NCBI GenBank assembly: GCA_965279375.1
Contig: OZ257156.1
Coordinates: forward strand, 4,448,001 to 4,512,000
Length of the DNA stretch: 64,000 nt
Direction of reading: 5' to 3'
Source of the DNA: Gemmatimonas sp.
GTDB taxonomy: Bacteria; Gemmatimonadota; Gemmatimonadetes; Gemmatimonadales; Gemmatimonadaceae
Positions 33,838 to 43,669 of the stretch are shown piece after piece (positions within the stretch are counted from its first letter, which is position 1; each line of letters begins with the position of its first letter). Made by a program: the position numbers and the translations under genes. The notes beneath the pieces are model-generated. The model saw only the letters and a program-made list of their open reading frames with translations. It had not been told where the DNA came from and did not search any database.

Positions 33838-35440
33838 TGCTTGGAGCGACGGCCGTGATGTCGAACGCGGCCGTCTCCACGACACCGTTGCGCTTCACCT
33901 GCACGAACACGCGATAGCGCCCGGCCGTCGGAAACGCGAAGGGGAACGACAGCGGTCCCGCCGCATGCATGGCGTGCATCGGCGCATCCGCTTGTTCTTC
34001 GCCGGCGATCGCCCGCGCGATGCTCGCGGAGTCGAGGATCGCCGTGTCGCCACGTTCACGTCGCATCAGTTGCGCCTGCGCCGTCATACTTGCCGTCCCC
34101 ATCGGATGCAGATGCATGAAGACGGTCGCGTCGCGGCGCAACACCATCGCGTGTCCGGCCATGCCCATATACGGCTCCAGCATGGACGGCTTCCCATCGG
34201 CGTCCTGCACGGTCACCGTCAGTCGCAGGTCACGACCCACGCGCACGGAGCCATCGGTCGCACGACCCGCCGAGTCGATGGACATCGTGATGCTGCCGCC
34301 CGAGGCCAGCGGAGCCGCACGCCCCATCGCGGTCGGCACCGTGCTGCGCCACGCGTCGTCGCCATCGGCCACCGGCACCGCTCGTAACCCGCCCGCGGAG
34401 ACCGTCGGTGATGCCGCACTCGTCACCTCGTCGCCCACCACCACCGGCGCGACCGGCACATCGATGGTGTCCACGAGCGTGCGCTGCGCGCCGTTCTGAA
34501 AGAGCAGATCGCCGAACAGCAGATACCGCCCGGCAGGAACCGCGGGCACCTTCGTCACGAACGCGTCGGCCTCCACGCGCAGCGGATGGAGATGCGCGAT
34601 GGTTTGCTGCGCGTCGGCGTCCACCAGGAACAGGTGCATCAGCTTGCCGTGGTCGGGCATCAACGGCAGCAAGCGGTTAGACCGCCACAGCGAATCCACG
34701 ATCGTGATCGTCAGCACCCGGCTCGCATCCACGGAGCGAACGGAGGATTCGATGCGGAACGGCTTGAGGATGCTGCGGCTATACGCCGCCGCCTCCGCGT
34801 CCCACCACTTCGATCCTCCAAACAGCGCCAAGGCGAGCAGCGACGCGGTGGACGCGATCGCAATACGTGCGGTGCGACGGCGCGCGGTGGAGGGCGCATC
34901 GCCGGCAGGCAGCGAGCCCTCGCGCACGGCCGCTCCAACGATCGTGAGCAGTCCGGTCACCAGCAGCACGCCGAGCACGCCGAGTAGTACGGACATGCCC
35001 CGCGTCATCGCGAGCGTGCGAGTCGCCGCGGTCTGCATCGGCACGACCACGCTGCCGTTGCCAGCCGGTCCTTCCACGGAGACGTACACGGCGTACGTAC
35101 TCGCCGTCATGATCCACAAGTCGTGCGCCCACACGCCTGGATCACCGGGCACGAGCGCCGCCGCTTCCGCCGGTGGCGCGCCGTTGGTGCCGACATTCCA
35201 CTGCGCCGCCCGCACGGTCACACGCGTTGGCGTGCCCTCGAGTACGCGCACGCTGATCGGCACCTGGGCCGGTACAACGCCCGGCGGGTTGATCAACACG
35301 CGCACCGGATAACCGCCCGCGCCCCCTTCGAACACCACCTGACTCGTGCCCACGTGCGCACTGAGCAACATCCAACCCAACAACGCCGTGGAGACGATCG
35401 CCCAGTGCCGCACCACGCGTGCGCGCAGGCGAGCCATCAT
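33824..35440 (-). CDS. Exported two-TM His/Met-rich putative copper-binding protein (PmoB-like topology)
   Basis: Signal peptide ending LLSA|HVG, beta-rich domain, two central TM helices, C-terminal domain with DHGKLMH, HLHP, YMGMAGH, FMHLHPMG. Confidence 0.75.
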
Positions 35441-36624
35441 CTCTTCACCGCGCGCAGCCAGTTACCCCAGCCCAGTCCAGCACGCGCGGAGAGCACCGCG
35501 AGCACCACCGCCATGGCGTAGCCGCGCACGGCGGCGCCGGCACGTTCCTCCATGAATTCACCGGGTCCGGCGATCCACTCCGTCGGCAGCATGTACGGAT
35601 AGTTGTCCGATCGGAACAGCGCGTTGTGCGACGCAGGAGTCAGCAGGAATTCTCCGAACGGCCACTGCACCGCCGCGAAGGCAACGAGAAACGTCAGCCC
35701 GAGCACCAGCGCGCGCGTCCACGCGCCACGCGTCGCAGTCGCACGCAACACGAGGTCAATCGCGAACGCCGGCACAATCAACAGCAACGGAAAATCGAGC
35801 GGCACCATGTGCGAGATCGCTTGCCGGATGGGCCCAAGCTTTGGCGTCGCCGCAAAGAGCGGGAGTAGCCAGAGCTGCGTGCACATCACGGCGAGATACA
35901 CAGCCGCCGTCGCCGTGGCCGGATAACGCAGTCGCGTGGCGCGACCCGCAGCGACCAGCACGAACGGAAACACCAGCGCCGATGTCGCGTAGAACACGCC
36001 GCTGTGCATCATGTCCGGCTCGTGATACTCGCTGGTGAAGATCGCCAGCATCGTCAACACAAGGCCACTCGTGTACGCCACCGCCCACGGCGCCCGCGTG
36101 CCTGCATCCACAGCGCCCTCGTCGCGCGCCTGCTCCGCGACCGCCAGCAGCAGCGCGCCCGCCAGAATCGTCAGGAAGCCCATCGCCAGGAGCGCGTGCG
36201 GCGGACTGATGATCTTCACATCGAGACCATACGCGGCATGCCACCAGTCGTCGAACGGCGCCGAGGTGAGCATCGCCACCGCGCCCCAGATCGCGAGCCA
36301 TCCGCCGAGTGGGCCGTTGAAGAGGCGCCAGATCGTGACGCCGTCTTTCGGTCGGGCCGATGCAAAGAAGGATCGGCGCAGCACTTCATATCCGCTCGCC
36401 AGGCCAGCCACCGCGCCACCGGTATAGATCGCGAGATGTGCCGGCGTCCAGAACGTGTCGCGGCCAATCGTCATGTGCCACGAGATGTCCCAGATCAATC
36501 CGACGATGACGCTCGTCGCAGCAAACACTACGGCGGCGAGCTGCCACGGGAACGCCAATCGGTCGGCTGACGCGCCGGTGACGGCGGTTCGCGCTCCCTG
36601 GTGCGGCATGACGGACGAACTCAT
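35437..36624 (-). CDS. Polytopic membrane protein resembling a PmoC/AmoC-PmoA/AmoA fusion
   Basis: DISWHMTIGRDTFWTPAH and DDWWHAAYGLDVKIISPPH motifs; strong AGGAGG RBS. Confidence 0.75.
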   Translation of the reverse strand: MSSSVMPHQGARTAVTGASADRLAFPWQLAAVVFAATSVIVGLIWDISWHMTIGRDTFWTPAHLAIYTGGAVAGLASGYEVLRRSFFASARPKDGVTIWRLFNGPLGGWLAIWGAVAMLTSAPFDDWWHAAYGLDVKIISPPHALLAMGFLTILAGALLLAVAEQARDEGAVDAGTRAPWAVAYTSGLVLTMLAIFTSEYHEPDMMHSGVFYATSALVFPFVLVAAGRATRLRYPATATAAVYLAVMCTQLWLLPLFAATPKLGPIRQAISHMVPLDFPLLLIVPAFAIDLVLRATATRGAWTRALVLGLTFLVAFAAVQWPFGEFLLTPASHNALFRSDNYPYMLPTEWIAGPGEFMEERAGAAVRGYAMAVVLAVLSARAGLGWGNWLRAVKR

Positions 36625-36683
36625 TGCTCCTCCTGCGGCGTACGGACAGCGCTGTGGAACGAGGGGACGCGCTCTAATCGAAA

Positions 36684-37970
36684 CTAGCGAGGCGGTCGAG
36701 GTGCAGCAGATCCGCCGATGCCACGAGCCCGCAACAGGGACACCACAGAGTCCACGGGCAACGGCACCACGCGTCCCGCACGGCTCTGCACCGGCGTCGC
36801 CATCAGCATCGCGTCATAGAGCGCTTCTTCCGTCGCCTCCACCACCGCCTGAAACACAGCCGACATCGCCTCGTTCCCCAACTCCTGCGCAGAGGCCAGT
36901 ACGGCGTCCGGATTGCGGCGCACCAACGGCGACGAGGAGAACGCCAGCACGTAGTCGCCCGACCCGTTCGACGCGGATGACCCGGTCCGGCCCAGCGCCA
37001 TCACGGCGCGTGCCGCCATCCGCTCGAGATTGCGCGACAACAGCGGCGCATCTGTTGCCAGCACGATCATGCACGAGCCGTCTCCGCGTTCCGCGCCCAT
37101 ATCGCCAGGACCAGGCGGTCGCGAGCCACCAGCGGGCGCCACGTCGCGCTGGAACGAGTACCGACCCAGCAGCTGCCCAATCGGCACCCCGCCCATCTGC
37201 AGCACCCCACCGAAGTTGCCCTGCACCAGCACGCCGATGGTGTAGCCGCCGAGCGATGCAGGCAGTCGGCGCGACGACGTGCCGATGCCTCCCTTCCAGC
37301 CGAACATGATGGTGCCGTGTCCCGCCCCGACACTCCCTTCGGCGACGGGGCCCGTGTCCGCGACGGCCAGCGCGCGTACCACCGCCGCACCAATCCCCAC
37401 GCGCGATCGCGTCGCGTTGAGTCCCCCGTCGTTCGTCTCGCCGACGATCGGATTGATCGATCGCACCGACCCGTTCTCCGGCTTCTGCAGCATCCACTGC
37501 GCGAGCGCATCGCCCGCCTGCCAGATGCAGAGCGTGCAGGAGAGCACGATCGGCGTCTCGATCTCGCCCAGCTCTCGCAGCTGCGTCACTCCCAGCAGCT
37601 TGCCGAAGCCATTCCCCACGTGAAGCGCGGCCGGCACGCGGTCGCGATAGAGGTCGCCGCCGTGCGGCAGAATCGCCGTCACGCCGGTCCGGAGCGAATC
37701 GCCCTCGCTGACGGTCGCGTGCCCCACGCGCACTCCGGGCACGTCGGTCAGCGCGTTGTGCGGCCCCGGCGTAAAAATGCCCGTTGCCAGTCCAATGGCT
37801 CGCGCTCGCGTCGGTCGGTTGGGAGTCGGCGTCTGCGCACCAAGGCTCCCCCCAAGCGCCGACGAGACGAAGAGAGTCGCGACCACAGTCGCGATCACGG
37901 TCACGAACATAGAATCGATCGTGGTGGCGAATTCCAACGGACGCCGAGCGAAAAGCGGGTTTGCGGGCAT
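36684..37970 (-). CDS. DmpA-like aminopeptidase (P1/S58 family)
   Basis: NALTDVPGVRVGH, NGFGK, VGETNDG, EGSVGAGHG, KGGIGTSSR, DG|SC autoprocessing site, NGSGDY. Confidence 0.92.
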   Translation of the reverse strand: MPANPLFARRPLEFATTIDSMFVTVIATVVATLFVSSALGGSLGAQTPTPNRPTRARAIGLATGIFTPGPHNALTDVPGVRVGHATVSEGDSLRTGVTAILPHGGDLYRDRVPAALHVGNGFGKLLGVTQLRELGEIETPIVLSCTLCIWQAGDALAQWMLQKPENGSVRSINPIVGETNDGGLNATRSRVGIGAAVVRALAVADTGPVAEGSVGAGHGTIMFGWKGGIGTSSRRLPASLGGYTIGVLVQGNFGGVLQMGGVPIGQLLGRYSFQRDVAPAGGSRPPGPGDMGAERGDGSCMIVLATDAPLLSRNLERMAARAVMALGRTGSSASNGSGDYVLAFSSSPLVRRNPDAVLASAQELGNEAMSAVFQAVVEATEEALYDAMLMATPVQSRAGRVVPLPVDSVVSLLRARGIGGSAAPRPPR

Positions 37971-38023
37971 GCGCGAAACTATCGCGCCTTCACGCGCTCC
38001 GTGGCGCCCGGCATATTGCGCGC

Positions 38024-39115
38024 ATGACGCTACGCCCGCTCTTCGGCCATCACGAGCTCCGCCAACGACTGGCGGCGGCGATGCATGACGGCCGCCTGCC
38101 CGCGAGTCTGCTCTTGCAGGGATCGCGCGGGGTGGGCAAGCAACGACTAGCGATCTGGCTGGGACAACTGCTCCTCTGCGAGCGAGCCGCCTCTGGTCGT
38201 CTGGTGGACCCCTGCGGCGAGTGTCAGCAGTGCCGCTATTCAGCCCGGCTCGTGCATCCGGATCTGCACTGGTTCTTCCCGCGGCCACGACTCAAGGACG
38301 GCGACGCCTCGCACGCCGACGTCGCCGCGGACCTCGGCGAAGCCATTGCCGAACGCCTGGAAGCCGACGGGCTCTGGGCCGCACCGCCCGGCTCGGACGG
38401 CATTCAGGTCGCCACGATCCGGGCGCTCGTGCACTCGGCGTCCGTTCGTCCCGCAATGGCCAAGCGCTCGGTGTTCATCATTGGGGACGCCGAGCGAATG
38501 GTGGCGCAGGAAGGCGCGGATCAGGCGGCCAACGCGCTACTCAAGCTGCTCGAAGAGCCGCCGCCCAATGCGACGCTGATCCTGACGACGAGCGAACCCG
38601 GTGCGCTGCTGCCGACCATCAAGTCGCGCGTGGTCTCGGTACGCGTGCCCACCGTACCGCGGGCCGATCTCGAGGAGCTTCTTCAGGATCCTGCGGTGCA
38701 GAAGCGACTTGGCTCCGCCTCGCGCGACGAGCTGATTGCCCGCGCAAGCGGCGCGCCGGGCATGCTGTTCGGCGTGGAGTCCACGGCCGGCGCGTACGCC
38801 GCTGCGCGCAAGATGCTCGAAGCCGCGTTGCAGCCGTCGAACCCCGCCGGGTCGGTCGAGCGTATCAAGACCGCCGCACGACAGGGGGTCGCCGGTGCGC
38901 GCGGTGCTTTCTCCGACATGCTCGACGCGCTGACCGTGCTACTGCATGACCGGGTTAAACGACTCGTCGCCGCGGGCCACGAATCCGACGCGCGTCGCGC
39001 CGCGTCGGCGATGTTGTTGATCGAAGATGCGAAGCTGCGCGCGCACGGCAACGTCAGTCCACAGTTGCTCAGTGCATCGCTGCTGCGATCATTACACGAC
39101 ACGCTGCGTCCCTGA
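38024..39115 (+). CDS. holB: DNA polymerase III delta-prime subunit
   Basis: GSRGVGK, PCGECQQC, HPDL, AANALLKLLEEPP, LLPTIKSR. Confidence 0.9.
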   Translation: MTLRPLFGHHELRQRLAAAMHDGRLPASLLLQGSRGVGKQRLAIWLGQLLLCERAASGRLVDPCGECQQCRYSARLVHPDLHWFFPRPRLKDGDASHADVAADLGEAIAERLEADGLWAAPPGSDGIQVATIRALVHSASVRPAMAKRSVFIIGDAERMVAQEGADQAANALLKLLEEPPPNATLILTTSEPGALLPTIKSRVVSVRVPTVPRADLEELLQDPAVQKRLGSASRDELIARASGAPGMLFGVESTAGAYAAARKMLEAALQPSNPAGSVERIKTAARQGVAGARGAFSDMLDALTVLLHDRVKRLVAAGHESDARRAASAMLLIEDAKLRAHGNVSPQLLSASLLRSLHDTLRP

Positions 39116-39151
39116 CCGCGCTGCCCTCCACACCTCGCTGCCACATCTATA

Positions 39152-39664
39152 ATGGAAGAGTTCGCTGGGGCCCCGGATCCGTCCGCGCGGGAGTTTTCGC
39201 ACCTCGACGGGGGAGGGAAATTCCGGATGGTAGACGTCGCCGAGAAGCCGATTTCGGTCCGGACAGCGCTCGCCAGCGGTTGTATCCGGATGCAGCCGGA
39301 AACACTTAAAGCCATACAGGAAAACACGTTAGCAAAAGGCGACGTCGTTCCGGTGGCGCGCCTGGCCGGTCTTCAGGCCGCCAAACGGACAGCCGACCTG
39401 ATACCGCTCTGTCACCCGCTTCCGTTGTCGGGCATCGACGTCAGGGTTACCGTTGATGCATCCCTGCCCGGTCTCCGGGTCGAGGGTTTCGTCCGTACCA
39501 CCGCCCAAACCGGGGTGGAGATGGAAGCGTTGACTGCAGTGTCTGTGTCGCTGTTGACGATTTACGACATGGCCAAGGCAATTGATCGGTCGATGGTGAT
39601 CTCCGATATCGTGTTGCGCGAAAAGCGCGGCGGCACGAAGGGGGACTTCACCCGCGATCCGTGA
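39152..39664 (+). CDS. moaC: Cyclic pyranopterin monophosphate synthase
   Basis: SHLD, RMVDVAEK, KGDV, LIPLCHPL, TGVEMEAL, IYDMAKA. Confidence 0.95.
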   Translation: MEEFAGAPDPSAREFSHLDGGGKFRMVDVAEKPISVRTALASGCIRMQPETLKAIQENTLAKGDVVPVARLAGLQAAKRTADLIPLCHPLPLSGIDVRVTVDASLPGLRVEGFVRTTAQTGVEMEALTAVSVSLLTIYDMAKAIDRSMVISDIVLREKRGGTKGDFTRDP

Positions 39665-39688
39665 ACGTCTCGAAGAAGCGAGGTTCCA

Positions 39689-40501
39689 ATGCACGATACA
39701 GCTGTTGCAGTGCGTAGTCTTGAAGCGCGTGCGCGACGCCGGCGGATGCATCGCCGGTCTGCCAAGCGCCGTTTGTCCCAGGTGTTTCTGCCGGCCGCCG
39801 GTTTGCTCGCTCTCGCGCTGTTCCTGACGCCCGAGCCGTCACCGCGCACCACGCCAGGCGTCGCCTCAGATAGCACGACCGCCGTCGGCCCGCTTGCCGT
39901 GCAGCCGTCGTGGCGCCCCGCCGGATCCGTCTTGCTACGTCGTCCGGAATTGCGTCAGCCGCCCGTGACCCGTTCCGACTCTGCGAACGCGTTGCCGTTT
40001 GGTCTGGCACCGCGCACCCTCGCGTCGGCCGACTCGCAGCCACGTGAGTCGATCAGCCGCTGGCATCGCATCTATACCTACACGGCGCGCTACCACATCC
40101 GCACGGACCTCGCGCGTCGCATCTACGATGCCTCCATCGCCGCTGGCATCGAGCCGGAGCTCGGCTTCCGTCTGGTCCGCGTCGAAAGCGTCTTCGATCC
40201 GCGCGCTCGTTCGGCCGCAGGTGCGCTCGGCCTGACGCAGCTCATGCTCGGCACGGCGCGGGCGTTTGAACCCAAAGTCACGCGCGAACAGCTCCTCGAC
40301 CCCGACGTGAACCTGCGGATCGGCTTCCGCTACCTTCGCGGGCTCATTCGCGAGTACAAGGGCGATCTCAAGCTGGCGTTACTGGTCTACAACCGCGGCC
40401 CAGGCGCGGTGCAGAGCGCGCTCAGCATGGGCGTGAATCCCGGCAACGGCTACGACAGTCTGGTGATGCGCGGTTACCGAGGTCGCGGCACCCTCGACTG
40501 A
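39689..40501 (+). CDS. Lytic transglycosylase (SLT domain), membrane anchored
   Basis: VRVESVF, GALGLTQLM, NLRIGFRYL, YNRGPG. Confidence 0.88.
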   Translation: MHDTAVAVRSLEARARRRRMHRRSAKRRLSQVFLPAAGLLALALFLTPEPSPRTTPGVASDSTTAVGPLAVQPSWRPAGSVLLRRPELRQPPVTRSDSANALPFGLAPRTLASADSQPRESISRWHRIYTYTARYHIRTDLARRIYDASIAAGIEPELGFRLVRVESVFDPRARSAAGALGLTQLMLGTARAFEPKVTREQLLDPDVNLRIGFRYLRGLIREYKGDLKLALLVYNRGPGAVQSALSMGVNPGNGYDSLVMRGYRGRGTLD

Positions 40502-40531
40502 TCTGCGACGAACCACAAAGAAAGAGGCGCC

Positions 40532-42295
40532 CTACCGGGCGCCTTTTTTCTTGCTCGTCGACTTCTTGACCGTGGGCTTCTTGCCGGTGGCGCCCTTCGA
40601 CTTGCCTCCGCCCTTCTTCGACTTCGCAGACGACTTTCCCTTGGACTTCGCGCTCGCCTTCGCGCTCGCCTTCGCGCTCGACGAGCGCTTCGCCGAGCCT
40701 TTCGCGGACGCGACCTTGCGACTCTTCGACGAGGCGGTACTCGCCGTCGATCGCACGCGCAGCGTCTGACCGGTGATCACCCGGTTGGCCTTGATGCCGT
40801 TGAGCGCCTTGAGTCGCGACACACTGAGCCCGTACTTCCGCGCGATTCCGCCCAGCGTCTCGCCACGCCGAACCACGTGCACGCCGCGGCTGGCGAGGGA
40901 GGTGCTGCCGCTGCCACCGTACCGCTCGATCGACGGGTCGGGCACTGATCGCGCGAACGCCAACGTGGCGCGTGTCGGGACACGCACGCTCTGCCCCGAC
41001 GACAGGCGACCGCGCTTGCTTGTCTTGAGCCCCGGATTGAACCAGGCCAGTTGGCGCGCCTCCAGCCCATGCTTCGCGGCGAGAGAGGCAAGCGTCGTAG
41101 TCGCCCCGGAGACTCGCACGCTCGAGTACCCTGCCCGCTCGGCCTCGGAGAGCGCTGACAGCGCCTCCGACGCGCGCGACGCGGATCCCGCTGGAACGTG
41201 CACCCACAGGTCGGCGTCAGGCGGCACAACGCCACGCAGCATCGCCGGATTGAGATTACGCAGTTCCTCAGTACCGGCGCCGCTGGCCGTCGCCACCGCC
41301 GACAAGCTCGTGCCTGCGGGTGCGAGCACGGAGTCGTAGGCCAGGAGCGGCAGCGAATCGACCGACAGTCCGTATCGGCTCGGCATCTTGGCGATCAGCG
41401 CGGCGGCGATCAGCTGCGGGACGTAGTTCTTCGTTTCCGCGCGCAGGTAGTCGTGCTCGGCCAGTGCGAAGAAGCGGTCCTCACCTTCGCTCCCTTCCAT
41501 CTCGCCAGCATAGCGCGTGAGGCCCCGGGCCACGCGCCCCGGACCGCCGTTGTACGCCGCGGCCGCGAGGTACAGCGATCCGAACTGCTTTTGCAGATCG
41601 GAGAGGAAACGGATCGCCCCCTCGGTCGAACGCGCAGGATCGCGACGCTCGTCGACCCACCAGTCCACGCGCAGTCCGACCCCGCGGGCTGTGCCGCTCA
41701 TGAACTGCCACATCCCTACCGCGGCCGCGCGGGAGTAGGCATGCGGGTCGTAGCCACTTTCGATGAGCGCGAGATACGTCAGATCTTCGGGCATGCCACT
41801 CGCACGCAGCTTGGCGCGAATCATCGGCTCGTAGCGCGTGCCGCGGGACAGCCGCTCACGGAAGTGCTCGCGCGAGCTCGTGGAGAACAGCTGTACGTAG
41901 TGGGCGACGCGATCGTGGGTCTCGTAAGAACGCACGTCGATATCCCAGATCGGCTCCGCGTCGCCATCGAGCGCTGCCGCCGAGTCGAGGAACGGCACAA
42001 CCGTTGGGCGCAGTGCCGCGGAATCGCCAAAGACTGCCACGACCGTGCGCGACAGTTCGTCGTCGGTGGGGGTGACAACCTTGCTGCGCGATTGCTCCGC
42101 CGCCGGGACGGACGACGTGGTCGCGACGGTGTTGGACGCCATGGGCGCCAGCGCCGGCTGCGGGGCCACGTTCGCGTCGGCTGGTCGACACGCCTGCACG
42201 GCGCACAGCGCACAGATCGCGCTCAGCGTTCGCAGCAGCGAGCGCGCGCCATGCGGGCTTTCGAGATGTCTGGGGATTCGGAGGAAGGAGACCAC
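40532..42295 (-). CDS. MltD-like lytic transglycosylase with LysM domains
   Basis: ALIESGY, AVGMWQFM, AYNGGPG, ETKNYVP, LysM HVVRRGETL, Lys/Ser-rich tail. Confidence 0.9.
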   Translation of the reverse strand: MVSFLRIPRHLESPHGARSLLRTLSAICALCAVQACRPADANVAPQPALAPMASNTVATTSSVPAAEQSRSKVVTPTDDELSRTVVAVFGDSAALRPTVVPFLDSAAALDGDAEPIWDIDVRSYETHDRVAHYVQLFSTSSREHFRERLSRGTRYEPMIRAKLRASGMPEDLTYLALIESGYDPHAYSRAAAVGMWQFMSGTARGVGLRVDWWVDERRDPARSTEGAIRFLSDLQKQFGSLYLAAAAYNGGPGRVARGLTRYAGEMEGSEGEDRFFALAEHDYLRAETKNYVPQLIAAALIAKMPSRYGLSVDSLPLLAYDSVLAPAGTSLSAVATASGAGTEELRNLNPAMLRGVVPPDADLWVHVPAGSASRASEALSALSEAERAGYSSVRVSGATTTLASLAAKHGLEARQLAWFNPGLKTSKRGRLSSGQSVRVPTRATLAFARSVPDPSIERYGGSGSTSLASRGVHVVRRGETLGGIARKYGLSVSRLKALNGIKANRVITGQTLRVRSTASTASSKSRKVASAKGSAKRSSSAKASAKASAKSKGKSSAKSKKGGGKSKGATGKKPTVKKSTSKKKGAR

Positions 42296-42428
42296 GGCTA
42301 CAACCTATGCCGCGCAGAGCGACCTCGACACCGGCTGTTGTGACGGCGCGCGTGATTCCCGGCCCTGATCTTTCGTATCAGCTCGCGCGAACGCGTTCCG
42401 CGCGGCGCGACGACTCAGCGCCCGGGAG

Positions 42429-42905
42429 CTACGCGAACGGGTCGAGTCTCGTCAGATGCGGCGCGACGAGCCGGTTAACCGCGTGCAGCGTGGCGCGCGC
42501 GACACCCGTGAGCTGATCGTTGTCGCTGATGGCCGTCCCCACCACGCGGCAGGTAGTCCCGTCGCGATGGGCCAGAAGCGCCACCACCATCAGATTCGTA
42601 TCGAAGGCGCGCACAGGCTTCACGCCGACCAGCTCCAGCCGCAGCTCACCATTCGAGGCCTGGGACACCGCGTCGATGGTCGCGATCGCGGCCAGTCGCA
42701 GATCGCCCCCCAGGCAGGTCGCGCCCTCCTGCCGGTACTCGAGCGTCGCGTCGCTTTCGATATCCGCGAACTGTACGAACACCCGCGAGGTTGCCGCGGG
42801 ACCGCGCTCCAACCGGCAGCCAATCAGCTGCAAGCGAGCCGGCGACCGAGTCGCGGCCCTGGAGGCGTCAAAGCTGTTTGCTGTCGTCTGTTCCGTGGCG
42901 GCCAT
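42429..42905 (-). CDS. Hypothetical protein
   Basis: 158-aa alpha/beta ORF ending GTAISDNDQLTGVARATLHAVNRL. Confidence 0.7.
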   Translation of the reverse strand: MAATEQTTANSFDASRAATRSPARLQLIGCRLERGPAATSRVFVQFADIESDATLEYRQEGATCLGGDLRLAAIATIDAVSQASNGELRLELVGVKPVRAFDTNLMVVALLAHRDGTTCRVVGTAISDNDQLTGVARATLHAVNRLVAPHLTRLDPFA

Positions 42906-42998
42906 ACGGGGTTGGGCATGATGGATACAGGAATGCGCATTCCCTCATCCGCCTGACGACTTCAATTCACGTCCGTCACGCCCTCGGAACGGAAACGC

Positions 42999-43526
42999 CT
43001 AGCGCACCCCGCCAAGCATCACATAGGCGCAGACGATGGCGATGGCCTGTCCGACCGCCACGTCGCCCGGATAGTGGACCCCCAGCATCACGCGGGAGAA
43101 GCCAACCAGCAGCGCCGCGAGCAGCAGCGGTATGGCCAGTGCGGGAAAGGCCCACGCGTAGGCCACGGCCACGGCCATCGCGGCGCAGGCGTGTCCGCTC
43201 GGGAAGGAGAACCGGTCGGGCACCGTGATCAGCGCTTCGTACGACAGCCGCACGGAGGGCCGCTCGCGCACGGCGAAGCGCTTGACGATCTGCACAGCGA
43301 GGTGCGACGCGCCGAGCAACAGCAGCGCGCGCCATGCCGTCATGAAGGTGACGCCGGGGAGGAGCAACGACAGGAGGCAGGCGCCGATGCTGCCGCGTGC
43401 TCCACCCAGATGGGTGATCGTTGTCCAGAAGCTGCGTCGCGAGTGTGCGCACCGCGCGTCGAGCGCGAAGCGGACGAAGAGCGCGCGATCGCGCGCATCG
43501 AGTCGTGCCAGCAGTGGCGTAGTCAT
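42999..43526 (-). CDS. PAP2-family phosphatase
   Basis: KRFAVRERP, SFPSGH, SRVMLGVHYPGD. Confidence 0.93.
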   Translation of the reverse strand: MTTPLLARLDARDRALFVRFALDARCAHSRRSFWTTITHLGGARGSIGACLLSLLLPGVTFMTAWRALLLLGASHLAVQIVKRFAVRERPSVRLSYEALITVPDRFSFPSGHACAAMAVAVAYAWAFPALAIPLLLAALLVGFSRVMLGVHYPGDVAVGQAIAIVCAYVMLGGVR

Positions 43527-43572
43527 TGACCATGAGTATCCGCATGGCCCACCACGAACGCCTACGTGCGCC

Positions 43573-43628
43573 GAAACGCAGGGGAAACGTTGCCGAAACG
43601 ACGGCGTAACGGCGCACGCGAGTTACGC
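43573..43628 (-). promoter_or_regulatory. Phased 11-bp direct repeats and overlapping inverted repeat upstream of PAP2
   Basis: GAAACG at 43573, 43584 and 43595, GTAACG at 43606; GCGTAAC-N11-GTTACGC at 43604-43628. Confidence 0.5.
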
Positions 43629-43669
43629 GATCCCAGAGCGTGCTCGCCGATGAGTTGGCGCGCGAACGA

